A stretch of 64,000 nucleotides of DNA from Candidatus Limnocylindria bacterium (GTDB taxonomy: Bacteria > Chloroflexota > Limnocylindria > QHBO01): the NCBI GenBank assembly GCA_050692055.1, contig JBOGTC010000072.1, forward strand, positions 12,978-76,977, read 5' to 3'. The notes under the pieces are model-generated. The model did not search any database. It was not told where the DNA came from and saw only the letters and a program-made list of their open reading frames with translations. Position numbers and translations under genes: made by a program. Below, piece by piece: positions 44,697-53,372 of this stretch (its first letter is position 1; each line of letters opens with the position of its first letter).

Positions 44697-45572
44697 ATGT
44701 CTGAGCAGGTCCGTACGCTGAGTCGCCCGACCGACGCCGCTCGCATGCCCGGCTATACGTCGCTGGCGAGGGCATTGGTCGGCCTGCTGATCATCGGCCC
44801 GGTGCTGGCCTGGAGCGTCCAGGCGCTCGTGAGTGGCTGGAACTTCGTGGACCTCCATGTCTACCTGGGGGCGGCCGAGAACCTCGTACGTCACGGCAAC
44901 CCCTACCTCGCCAGTGACGCGACGACCGATCTGCTGCACTATCACTACGCGCCGTGGTTCGCCCTCCTGTTCGTGCCATTGCTGTCGCTTCCGCTCGTTT
45001 TCACCGAATGGATCTGGGCCGCGGCGCTCCTCGCGGCGATGGTGCCGGCGCTGATGGTCTTTCGCGGTGATGGCATGGCTGCCGCACCGCTCGCAGTCCT
45101 CATGGGCGCGCTGCTCCTGGGCCAGGCGATGGGCGGCAACGTGCAGGGCGTGCTTCTTGCGCTCCTGATCTGGCGCCTCGACAGGGTGGATGGGCCAGTC
45201 TGGGTCGGCCTCGCCGCCAGCTTGAAGGCGATCCCGATCCTGCTCGTCCTCTATTACGCCGGCCGCCGGCAGTGGCGAAGGGCGATGATCGCGGGGGTGG
45301 TGACCGCAATCCTCGTGGGGCCCATGCCCCTGTTCGACATCCCGCCCGACAATCTCTGGCCAGGGGTCACCGGCCTCTATGCCATCTCCCCCGTCCTGTG
45401 GGTCGCCTCGGCGATCATCGCTGCAGGCTGCGCGCTGCGGCTCGCCGGGGGCCGATACGGCCGGCTGGCGGCCGCGGTCGCCATCGTCGCCGCCCTGCCG
45501 CGCCTCTACCCATTCGACATCAGCTGGCTGCTGCTTGGCGTCCCTCCCTCACGCAGGGACGACTCGGCATGA
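44697..45572 (+). CDS. DUF2029 / GT87-like polytopic glycosyltransferase (paralog c)
   Basis: 'VDLHVYLGAAENLVRHGNPYL', 'YHYAPWFALLFVPL' and 'SLKAIPILL'. Confidence 0.75.
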   Translation: MSEQVRTLSRPTDAARMPGYTSLARALVGLLIIGPVLAWSVQALVSGWNFVDLHVYLGAAENLVRHGNPYLASDATTDLLHYHYAPWFALLFVPLLSLPLVFTEWIWAAALLAAMVPALMVFRGDGMAAAPLAVLMGALLLGQAMGGNVQGVLLALLIWRLDRVDGPVWVGLAASLKAIPILLVLYYAGRRQWRRAMIAGVVTAILVGPMPLFDIPPDNLWPGVTGLYAISPVLWVASAIIAAGCALRLAGGRYGRLAAAVAIVAALPRLYPFDISWLLLGVPPSRRDDSA

Positions 45573-46459
45573 CCCTGCTCGATCGCGTCCGCTCACGGCG
45601 CTTCCTGCACGACGCGCTGGCCGTGGCGGGGATCATCGTCGTCGTGTTCGTGTGGTGGCTGATCGGCTTCAACGACTACCAGCACGATGCGCGCGCCTAC
45701 TGGACCGTCGAGCTGTCCGACCCGTACGCCGCGGCCGAGGTCGGCGGCAAGGATGCCTACCTGTACTCCCCCCTCTTCGCCCAGCTGACGTCGCCCCTGA
45801 CGCTCCTGCCGTGGGAGGTCTTCCGCCCGCTCTGGGCGGCGGTCAACCTCGGCGCCCTGGTCTGGCTGGCGGGACCGATCATCGGCGCGCTGCTGCTGGT
45901 CGTCCCCGGATCACCGCTGATCGACGAGGTCGGCACCGGCAACATCCACCTGCTCATCGCGGCCGCCATCGTCGCCGGCTTCCGCTACCCGCCTGCCTGG
46001 GGATTCAACCTGCTGACCAAGGTGACGCTGGGCATCGGCCTCCTGTACTTCGTCGGGGCACGCCAGTGGCGGCATCTCGCGCTCGCGATCGGCCTCACCG
46101 CAGCCATCAGCCTGGTCTCGTTCGCCGTGGCCCCCGGCCTGTGGCTTGCCTGGATCGAGGTGCTCATCACGAACAGCGGTGCGCGGATCCCCGACGACAT
46201 CGCGGTGATCCCTGGCTCGCTGGCGCTGCGAACGGCCATCGCCGGGATCATCGCCATCGGCGGCGGCATCCTCGGCTGGCGCTGGACGGCCGCGGTCGCG
46301 GCCACGCTGGCGCTGCCGGTCCCGTGGTCCTCGGGTCTGAGCGTCCTCGTCGCCGCCATCGCGCTCTGGCGCTTTGACATGCTGCGCGAGCCACGCCGGC
46401 CATTCCGCACCCACCTTCGACCCAGCACACCAGGGCAACGCGAGGCCCAGACGGCGTGA
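45569..46459 (+). CDS. DUF2029 / GT87-like polytopic membrane protein (paralog d, divergent)
   Basis: An ATGA overlap marks the true start at 45569. 'AYLYSPLFAQLTSPL' and 'GNIHLLIAAAIVAG' are present, and the protein is polytopic. Confidence 0.6.
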   Translation: MTLLDRVRSRRFLHDALAVAGIIVVVFVWWLIGFNDYQHDARAYWTVELSDPYAAAEVGGKDAYLYSPLFAQLTSPLTLLPWEVFRPLWAAVNLGALVWLAGPIIGALLLVVPGSPLIDEVGTGNIHLLIAAAIVAGFRYPPAWGFNLLTKVTLGIGLLYFVGARQWRHLALAIGLTAAISLVSFAVAPGLWLAWIEVLITNSGARIPDDIAVIPGSLALRTAIAGIIAIGGGILGWRWTAAVAATLALPVPWSSGLSVLVAAIALWRFDMLREPRRPFRTHLRPSTPGQREAQTA

Positions 46460-47976
46460 CGGCGCTGCGTATCCCGGCCAGCTGGATCGCGGTGGCCGCC
46501 TTCTTCTTCCTGGTGGCGCTCCCGCGGCCGGCCATCCCGCTCATCGACGGTGACGTGTGGTGGCACATCCGGGCCGGGCGGGAGATGCTGTCCAGCGGAT
46601 CGGTGCCCAGGGTCGACTCCTGGAGCATCGTCGGCGCCGGCATGCCGTGGACCAGCCAGGACTGGCTCAGCAACGTGGCGCTGGCGCTCGGGTACGGCGC
46701 CGGGGAGATCGGGCCCACGCTCCTGTCCATTGGCTGGGCGCTGCTGGTGGTGGCCGCGCTGGCGCTGCTGTGGTCGGCAATCGGCTTCCGGGTCCGCGCC
46801 GTGGGTTGGCTCGGCCGAATCCTGCTGCTCGCGGCAGGCCTCGTCGTCTCCGGCCCGACCCTCGGGGTCAGGGTTCAGGTCGTGGACCTGACACTGGCGG
46901 CGGCGGCCATGGCCGTCCTGTGGCATTACCAGGCACGCCGCAACGCCCGATGGCTGGTCGCCCTGCCGGTGCTGGCAGTGGCCTGGGCCAACCTGCACGC
47001 GGGTTGGCCGCTGCTCTTCCTGCTCGGCGGTGCGCTCGTGGTGGGCGAGGGGGCCGACCGGCTCGTCCGGCGGCGCCTCGGGCCGGCGCCGCTCAGCTGG
47101 CGCGAGCTCGGATGGCTGTGTGCCGCCCTGGTCGTGGCCCTGGCCGCGATCAGCGTCAATCCCAACGGGCCGGCGCTGTACCTCTATCCACTCGAGACGT
47201 CGGGCATCTCGGCACACCGCGCCTACCTCGCCGAGTGGCAGGCGCCGAACGTGGGCACGTTCGTGGGCCAGGTCTACCTCGGGTTCCTGGCGCTCGTTGT
47301 GCTCCCCACCCTATGGATCAGTCGCCGCCGGATGCGCGCCGCCGATCTGCTGATCCTGCTGGGAGTCGTGGTCATGGGAGCGGCCGCCGCCCGCTTCCTT
47401 CTGATCGCTGGGCCGATCGGCGCAGCCGTCGCCGCCCTCTACCTGGCGCCGGCGCTGGCTGGTTCGCGGCCTGGCCGGCGCATGGGACCGACCCTCGCGC
47501 GCCTTGCCGTGCCTCGGCCCGATCCGCGCTACTCGGCGCTCAACGCGACCCTCATCGGGCTGGTCGCCGCCGCCGGTGTCACCCTCGCCGTGGCCCGGGT
47601 CTCTCCCAGCGTTCAGGCCGAGTCCATCGCCGGGCACATGCCGGTCGACGCCGTCGAATGGATCCGCGCCAACGATCCGGGCAGCCGCCCCTTCAACGTC
47701 TACGCCTGGGGCGGCTACCTGGGCCACATGCGGCCGACACACCCGGTCTTCATCGACGGGAGGTCCGACATCTACGGCGACGAGCCGATCCGCCGCTACG
47801 CCGCTACGATCAACCTCGAGACCGATCCGCAGGCCGTCCTCGACCGGCACGAGATCGATCACGTGCTCTTCCAGCCCGACCAGCCGCTTGCGGAGTGGCT
47901 CGACGCCAGCGAAGCGTGGCGACAGGCCTACGCAGATGACGTCGCGGTGGTCTGGGTCCGGTCAGGGGCCGATTGA
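46456..47976 (+). CDS. uncharacterised ~500-aa polytopic membrane protein, putative GT-C (paralog X1)
   Basis: GTGA coupling to the upstream gene. 'DGDVWWHIRAGREMLSSGSVPRVDSWS' follows TM1, then about 10+ TM helices. The soluble C-terminal domain carries 'AWGGYLGHM...FIDGRSDIYGD'. Confidence 0.55.
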   Translation: MTALRIPASWIAVAAFFFLVALPRPAIPLIDGDVWWHIRAGREMLSSGSVPRVDSWSIVGAGMPWTSQDWLSNVALALGYGAGEIGPTLLSIGWALLVVAALALLWSAIGFRVRAVGWLGRILLLAAGLVVSGPTLGVRVQVVDLTLAAAAMAVLWHYQARRNARWLVALPVLAVAWANLHAGWPLLFLLGGALVVGEGADRLVRRRLGPAPLSWRELGWLCAALVVALAAISVNPNGPALYLYPLETSGISAHRAYLAEWQAPNVGTFVGQVYLGFLALVVLPTLWISRRRMRAADLLILLGVVVMGAAAARFLLIAGPIGAAVAALYLAPALAGSRPGRRMGPTLARLAVPRPDPRYSALNATLIGLVAAAGVTLAVARVSPSVQAESIAGHMPVDAVEWIRANDPGSRPFNVYAWGGYLGHMRPTHPVFIDGRSDIYGDEPIRRYAATINLETDPQAVLDRHEIDHVLFQPDQPLAEWLDASEAWRQAYADDVAVVWVRSGAD

Positions 47977-49446
47977 GGCGGAGGCCTCCCGCGGGCAGCT
48001 CTCGCGCAGCAGGAGGACGGAGATCTCGTCGCGGTGCGCCTCGCACCAGCCTGCCTCCTGCGCGGCACCCCGCACGAGCGGGGCCGACGGCGGCAGGAGG
48101 ATCGCCTCAACCCCGTAGCGTTCCGTGAGCTCGGCCCACCCGTCGTCCGCGGCGCGGATGGTGGAGTAGTCCTGGAGGATCGCATCGCCATACATGTCGC
48201 TGCGGCCGTCGACGAAGACGCGCCCGCCATCCTCGTAATGGCGGTAGATGGCGTACCCGCCCCAGTCGTAGTCGGCCAGTACGCGGGCGTCGGGCAACAC
48301 GCGCTCGAGGGCGCCGGCGCCCTCCACCGGAAAGCCGCGGCGCAGCGCCGCATCGGCGCTCACCGCGCCCGGAATGATGACGAGGACGGCGGCGACCAGG
48401 ATCGCGGTGACGCCGGTCTCCAGCACCCGGCGGCCCGCATCGGTCCGGGGCCTCTCTGGCCGGTCCCACCGGAGCAGGCGATCGTCCAGGCCGAGCGCCA
48501 GCGTCGGCAGGGCGAACAGGGCGGCAAGCGGCGCGTTGCGCGTCGCGACCAGGGCCATTACGATCCCCACCAGCGACAGCGTGGTGAGCCAGCCGGGAGT
48601 CGCACGCCCGCCGTTCAACGCCAGCCCCGCGATCAGCAGGAGCAGGCCCCAGTGCCGTGGGTCGTGGAAGTCGGGCGACTGCCACTCCTGGATGTTCCGG
48701 ATGCCCCAGTCGCTTCCGTCCAGGTAGCGGAGCGGGTAGACGAGCCCCTCGATCCCGGCGGGCGTCAACGCCGAAGCGGCGAAGGCGGCCGCGACCATGC
48801 CGATCACCGTCCAGCGGCGCGGCGCCATGACCGTCCGGCCAAGAAGCGAGAAGAGCGCGTAGAGGCCGAGCACGCCGAGGCCAACGACGTAGAGGCCGTG
48901 GACGTTCGCCCACAGCGCGAAGAGCGGCACCACCAGCCAGGGTCTGAGCCGATGCTCCGATCGGAGGCGCATGAGCAGGCCGATGAGCAGCGCGACCAGC
49001 AGCCACGAGATGGCCTGCGGCCGCACGGTGGCGAACGGCGCGAAGACGTAGGCCGCCAACGCCAGCAGCGCGGCGATCGACGCGACACGCACGCCCTCGG
49101 CGCGCAGGGCCAGGCCAACCACCAGCGGCGCTGCGCCGATGATGACGCCGAACACGACCCCCGCCGGGACGGCACCACCGCTCGACACGAGCAGGTGGAT
49201 GAACAGCTGGCCGAGCCATTCGTGGAGGACCCATGGCTGTCCGGCCCAGGTGAAGGAGAAGGGATCCGTGGACGGCACGCTTCCCGATTCGGCGATCAGC
49301 CGGCCGGTGGTCACGTGCCAGAAGTAGTCCGCGTCGACAAGCCCGCGAGCCACCACCAGCGCCACGAAGAAAGCGACGTAGACCGCGGCCACCAGCGCGA
49401 ACGGGCTGGGCAGCCAGCGCGGGGCGGCTCGGCTCGGCTGGGTCAT
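47962..49446 (-). CDS. uncharacterised ~500-aa polytopic membrane protein, putative GT-C (paralog X2)
   Basis: It has the same architecture and motifs as X1: 'DADYFWHVTTGRLIAESGSVPSTDPFS' and 'DWGGYAIY...FVDGRSDMYGD'. It is convergent with X1, with a 15-nt overlap. Confidence 0.55.
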   Translation of the reverse strand: MTQPSRAAPRWLPSPFALVAAVYVAFFVALVVARGLVDADYFWHVTTGRLIAESGSVPSTDPFSFTWAGQPWVLHEWLGQLFIHLLVSSGGAVPAGVVFGVIIGAAPLVVGLALRAEGVRVASIAALLALAAYVFAPFATVRPQAISWLLVALLIGLLMRLRSEHRLRPWLVVPLFALWANVHGLYVVGLGVLGLYALFSLLGRTVMAPRRWTVIGMVAAAFAASALTPAGIEGLVYPLRYLDGSDWGIRNIQEWQSPDFHDPRHWGLLLLIAGLALNGGRATPGWLTTLSLVGIVMALVATRNAPLAALFALPTLALGLDDRLLRWDRPERPRTDAGRRVLETGVTAILVAAVLVIIPGAVSADAALRRGFPVEGAGALERVLPDARVLADYDWGGYAIYRHYEDGGRVFVDGRSDMYGDAILQDYSTIRAADDGWAELTERYGVEAILLPPSAPLVRGAAQEAGWCEAHRDEISVLLLRESCPREASASIGP

Positions 49447-49535
49447 CGGCTCAGCAGTCTACGCGGCGGCCGTGGCCGCCCGGAGGTCCCGAAAGTACCA
49501 CCGCCACCCCGTGGGGGCTGGCTAGTATCCGCGCC

Positions 49536-51188
49536 ATGGCCCAGCCCGGACCGATGCCGGTGACGGCGGCACGCACGTCCATAGTCGACCTCGTGGCACT
49601 CACCGTCCTCGCCCTGCTGGCCCGCACCACGGCGGCCCTCCTCGTGCCGGGACCGCCGCACGTCGATGCCGCCTACTACACCCTGGTCGCCGAGCGGCTG
49701 GCCGACGGCCACGGCTTCAGCGTCCCGGTGCTGTGGAGCTTCCTCGAGGTCGGCGGCGGGCTGCCTGCCGATCCGAGCCTGCCGGTGCCGAGCAACGGCC
49801 ACTGGCGACCGCTCGCCTCGATCCTGGCCGCCGGTCCCATGGCGCTGCTCGACGGCGGCTGGCGCGCCGGGCAGCTCATCATGGTGCTGCTCTCCACGCT
49901 CCTCGTCCCGGCGACGTACCTCATCGGCTGGCAGCTGTGGCGCTCGCGCCGCGTGGCCCTGCTCGGCGCACTCCTCGCCGTCCTCGCCGGCCCGCTGCTG
50001 GTCATGTACCCGCTGGTCGAGACCTTCGCTGTGTTCGGCGTCGCCGGCGCGACCGCCCTGTACGCCAGCGTCCGCGCCGTGGATGCCCTCCATCCGGGCC
50101 GGTGGCTGGTCCTGGCCGGCGCGGCGGCGGGTCTGGCGAGCCTGGCCCGCATCGACGGCGTGCTGCTGACCGTCGCGCCGGCCACGGCCTGGCTGGTCAG
50201 CCGCCCGTTCGGCATCGGCCCCTTCGGCTCACCCGCCCGGGCGCTCGCCTGGGGCTCGGCGAGCGCAGTCGCCTTCCTCGTCGTGCTGGGTCCCTGGCTC
50301 GTCCGCGACCTGCTGGTCTTCGGCACGCCGTTCCCGTCCGCCGGCGGGCACACCCTCTGGATCCGCGAGTACAACGAGCAGTTCTCCATCGCGAGCGACC
50401 CGACGCCGGCGACCTACCTGGCCTGGGGACCGCTGAGCATCCTCGCCTCGAAGCTCAGCGCCGCGGTCCAGGTGGTCGGGAGCACGCTGGCGGTGATGGG
50501 CGGCATCTTCGGCATCCTCTTCCTCGCCGGCCTGTGGCTGCATCGCCGCGACCGGCGGCTGGCGCCGTTCATCATCTACGTCGTCGTCCTGTTCGCCGCC
50601 ATGGCGCTCATCTTTACCGTGCACGCGCCGCGGGGCGCCTTCGTCCACTCCGCTCCCGCCTGGCTGCCGTTCGCCTTCCCCATGGCGATCGCCTCGCTGC
50701 CCGCCGTGGCCGGCGCGGCGGGTCGCGCCTGGCGGCTGCTCCGGCGGCCGGCATCCCATCGGCTGATCGAGATGGCGGGGCTGGTGGGCGCCCTCGTCCT
50801 GTCGCTCGCGGGGGGCGCGGGGCTCCTCCTCGGCTGGTCGATGACCCAGGATCGGTACGAAGCGGCCGCGAGGTTCCTCTCGTCCGAGGCCGATGCCGCC
50901 GCGGTCGTGATGAGCGCGGATCCGGCTCGGCTCAACCTGCTCACCGCCAACCCCGGCGTGCCCGCGCCGTTCGATCCGTACCCGGTCATCGAGAAGGTCG
51001 TCGAGGCGTACGACGTCGACTGGCTGGTGGTGGTGCTGCCGCCAGGCGAGTCACGCGATCCACTCGGCCTGTGGGAAGGGGCGAACGCGACCGACATCGA
51101 GGGCAACCACCCGGATTGGCTGCCCGCCGAGGCCGCCTTCGAGGCGGATGGCGTCCGCGTCTTCGATGTCGCCGGGCCGGGCGGCTAG
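49536..51188 (+). CDS. GT39/GT83-like (PMT_2, ArnT-type) polytopic glycosyltransferase
   Basis: 'PHVDAAYYTLVAERLADGHGFS' after TM1, many TM helices, and a C-terminal soluble domain. Confidence 0.65.
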   Translation: MAQPGPMPVTAARTSIVDLVALTVLALLARTTAALLVPGPPHVDAAYYTLVAERLADGHGFSVPVLWSFLEVGGGLPADPSLPVPSNGHWRPLASILAAGPMALLDGGWRAGQLIMVLLSTLLVPATYLIGWQLWRSRRVALLGALLAVLAGPLLVMYPLVETFAVFGVAGATALYASVRAVDALHPGRWLVLAGAAAGLASLARIDGVLLTVAPATAWLVSRPFGIGPFGSPARALAWGSASAVAFLVVLGPWLVRDLLVFGTPFPSAGGHTLWIREYNEQFSIASDPTPATYLAWGPLSILASKLSAAVQVVGSTLAVMGGIFGILFLAGLWLHRRDRRLAPFIIYVVVLFAAMALIFTVHAPRGAFVHSAPAWLPFAFPMAIASLPAVAGAAGRAWRLLRRPASHRLIEMAGLVGALVLSLAGGAGLLLGWSMTQDRYEAAARFLSSEADAAAVVMSADPARLNLLTANPGVPAPFDPYPVIEKVVEAYDVDWLVVVLPPGESRDPLGLWEGANATDIEGNHPDWLPAEAAFEADGVRVFDVAGPGG

Positions 51189-51297
51189 TACTTCCGGCGC
51201 GAAAGTACTGTTGTCCCGACGCACACCGGGCGGACAGCATTCTCGTGGAGTCCGGTACTAGGCCGGTCCCGGTACCTATGCACACAGGGGAAGCTTC

Positions 51298-52308
51298 GTG
51301 CCGACAGATCCGGCGGCGGGAACCACGCAGGTCAGCTTCGAACGACTTCAGGCGCAGGCGACGGAGAGCATCCGTCGTGATGCGCGCCGCGTCCACGAGC
51401 TGGCCGAGCGGTTCCGCGGGCAGTATCGCCGCCGCCTCGAGGAGTGGATGCAGGTCCGCGCCCGGATGGATCGCCGGGGCACGGCCCTGCGCCCGGTCGG
51501 CACCGATGCGCTCCGCACGGAGTACGAACAGCTCGGCCGCGAGCTGGCCAGCCTGCAGGCGCGGCTCAAGCGCCTCGAGGTGGCGGCGCGGCAGCTCGAC
51601 GTCCTGTGCACCTACCTCGACCGGGCCGACGCGCCCGGCGACGAGCCGATCCTGGCCGTCGACGACTCACCGGCATCCATCAGCCTGCGCATCATCCAGG
51701 CTCAGGAGGGCGAGCGCCAGCGGTTGGCCGAGGAGGTCCACGACGGACCGGCGCAGGTGCTGACGAACGCGATCTTCCAGGTCGAGTACCTCGACCGCAT
51801 GCTGGCCGGGCCCGCCCGCGCCGAGCACGCAGAGCTGGCCTTCCTGCGCGACATGCTCCGGGAAGGCCTGGACGAGGTCCGTTCCTTCATCTCTGACCTG
51901 CGGCCTCCGGTCGTGGAGTTCGGCCTGGCCGCGGCGATCGCCGAGCACGGCGAGCAGCTGCAGGCCCGGCACGGAATCGCGGTGTCGGTCGAGGTCGAGG
52001 GGATCGACGAGCGCCTGACGCCGCCCGCCAAGGCATCGGTGCTTCGGGTGGTGCAGGAGGCGCTGCGCAACGTGCGCAAGCATTCGGCCGCCAGCGAGGT
52101 GGCCATCGGCCTGGAGGAGAGCACGCTGGTCGTCGGCGACAACGGGCGCGGCTTCGACGTCATGCGCCTGGCGTCGGGGGCGAGCCGCAACTTCGGATTG
52201 CAGTTCATGCGGGAGCGGGCCGAGCTCATGGGCGGACAGCTCCAGATCGAATCGAGACAGGGCGAGGGGACACGGATCCTGCTTCGCCTCCCCGAGCCGC
52301 AGCAGTAG
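51298..52308 (+). CDS. cytoplasmic DegS-like sensor histidine kinase (HisKA_3)
   Basis: No TM segments and a coiled-coil N-terminus. H-box 'EEVHDGPAQVL', plus 'DNGRGF' and 'FGLQFMRERA'. The start is a GTG after AGGGGAAG. Confidence 0.85.
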   Translation: MPTDPAAGTTQVSFERLQAQATESIRRDARRVHELAERFRGQYRRRLEEWMQVRARMDRRGTALRPVGTDALRTEYEQLGRELASLQARLKRLEVAARQLDVLCTYLDRADAPGDEPILAVDDSPASISLRIIQAQEGERQRLAEEVHDGPAQVLTNAIFQVEYLDRMLAGPARAEHAELAFLRDMLREGLDEVRSFISDLRPPVVEFGLAAAIAEHGEQLQARHGIAVSVEVEGIDERLTPPAKASVLRVVQEALRNVRKHSAASEVAIGLEESTLVVGDNGRGFDVMRLASGASRNFGLQFMRERAELMGGQLQIESRQGEGTRILLRLPEPQQ

Positions 52309-52324
52309 GAGGAGATCGGACATC

Positions 52325-53095
52325 ATGAAGGCCAACGGAACGACGACCAAGGAGAAGACCGTGGATCAGGTCGAGGAGGGACAGGATCGCCGCCGGGGTG
52401 ACAGGCGCGCCGGCGCCAAGACACGCATCGTCATCGTCGACGGGCACACCCTGTTCCGGCGAGGCGTCCGCAACATCCTGGAGCTCGAAGGCGACATGGA
52501 GGTCGTCGGCGAGGCCGGGAGCGGTCGCGAGGCACTCGCCACGGTGGAGCAGCTGACGCCCGACGTGGTTCTGATGGACCTGGGCCTGCCGGCGCCGAAT
52601 GGCATCGAGACCACGCAGCGCCTGAAGCGCGAGCTGCCGCACACCGGCGTCATCGTGCTCGCCAGCAACGACGACGAGGACCAGCTGTTCGACGCCATCA
52701 AGGCCGGCGCAGCGGCGTACGTCCTCAAGGACATCGATCCAACCGACCTGATCGCCATCATCCGGCGCGTGCGGTCAGGCGAGTACCTCATCAACGACAA
52801 GGTCTTCGCCAAGCCGGCGGTCGCCAGTCGCGTGCTCAAGGAGTTCCGCGAGCTCGCCGTCTACGGCTCCGAGGCGCAGCCCATCTTCGCGCCGCTCTCG
52901 CCGCGCGAGGTCGAGATCCTCGACAACATCGCGCAGGGCATGACCAACAAGCAGGTCGCCTACGCCCTGAGCATCAGCGAGCAGACGGTGAAGAACCACA
53001 TGAGCTCAATCCTGCGCAAGCTTTCGGTCAACGACCGCACGCAGGCCGTGGTCTACGCCATGCGCCAGGGCTGGATCAAGATTCCCGAGGACTGA
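52325..53095 (+). CDS. NarL/LuxR-family response regulator (DegU-like)
   Basis: REC ('VVLMDLGLPAPNG') plus a LuxR HTH ('MTNKQVAYALSISEQTVKNHM'). Confidence 0.9.
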   Translation: MKANGTTTKEKTVDQVEEGQDRRRGDRRAGAKTRIVIVDGHTLFRRGVRNILELEGDMEVVGEAGSGREALATVEQLTPDVVLMDLGLPAPNGIETTQRLKRELPHTGVIVLASNDDEDQLFDAIKAGAAAYVLKDIDPTDLIAIIRRVRSGEYLINDKVFAKPAVASRVLKEFRELAVYGSEAQPIFAPLSPREVEILDNIAQGMTNKQVAYALSISEQTVKNHMSSILRKLSVNDRTQAVVYAMRQGWIKIPED

Positions 53096-53278
53096 GGACC
53101 GATGGCGCCGCTGCCGCGGCGCCGCAAGTCCCTCTCGAAGCGGTACGGGAGTGCCATATCCGCCGCGATGGCCCGCAATCTAGCGTTCCGCCCACGTCGT
53201 CACGGGTATCCGGGGCGACCTTCATCCCGAGGGGGTCGGCGCCTCCACGCCGGCCCCCGGGTCTCCTCCTCCGGTGCA

Positions 53279-53306
53279 GGGAGCCGTGCCAAATGGCACG
53301 GCTCCC
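53279..53306 (+). terminator. perfect 12-bp hairpin (possible terminator of the kinase/regulator operon or flp-leader structure)
   Basis: GGGAGCCGTGCC / AAAT / GGCACGGCTCCC followed by TCGTCTGTC. It lies 184 nt after the regulator stop and 154 nt before the flp start. Confidence 0.45.
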
Positions 53307-53372
53307 TCGTCTGTCGGCCGGACGTTGACAAGCTGAACCTGCTGCGCGCAAGGTACGGCCGCCTTCCGCACG

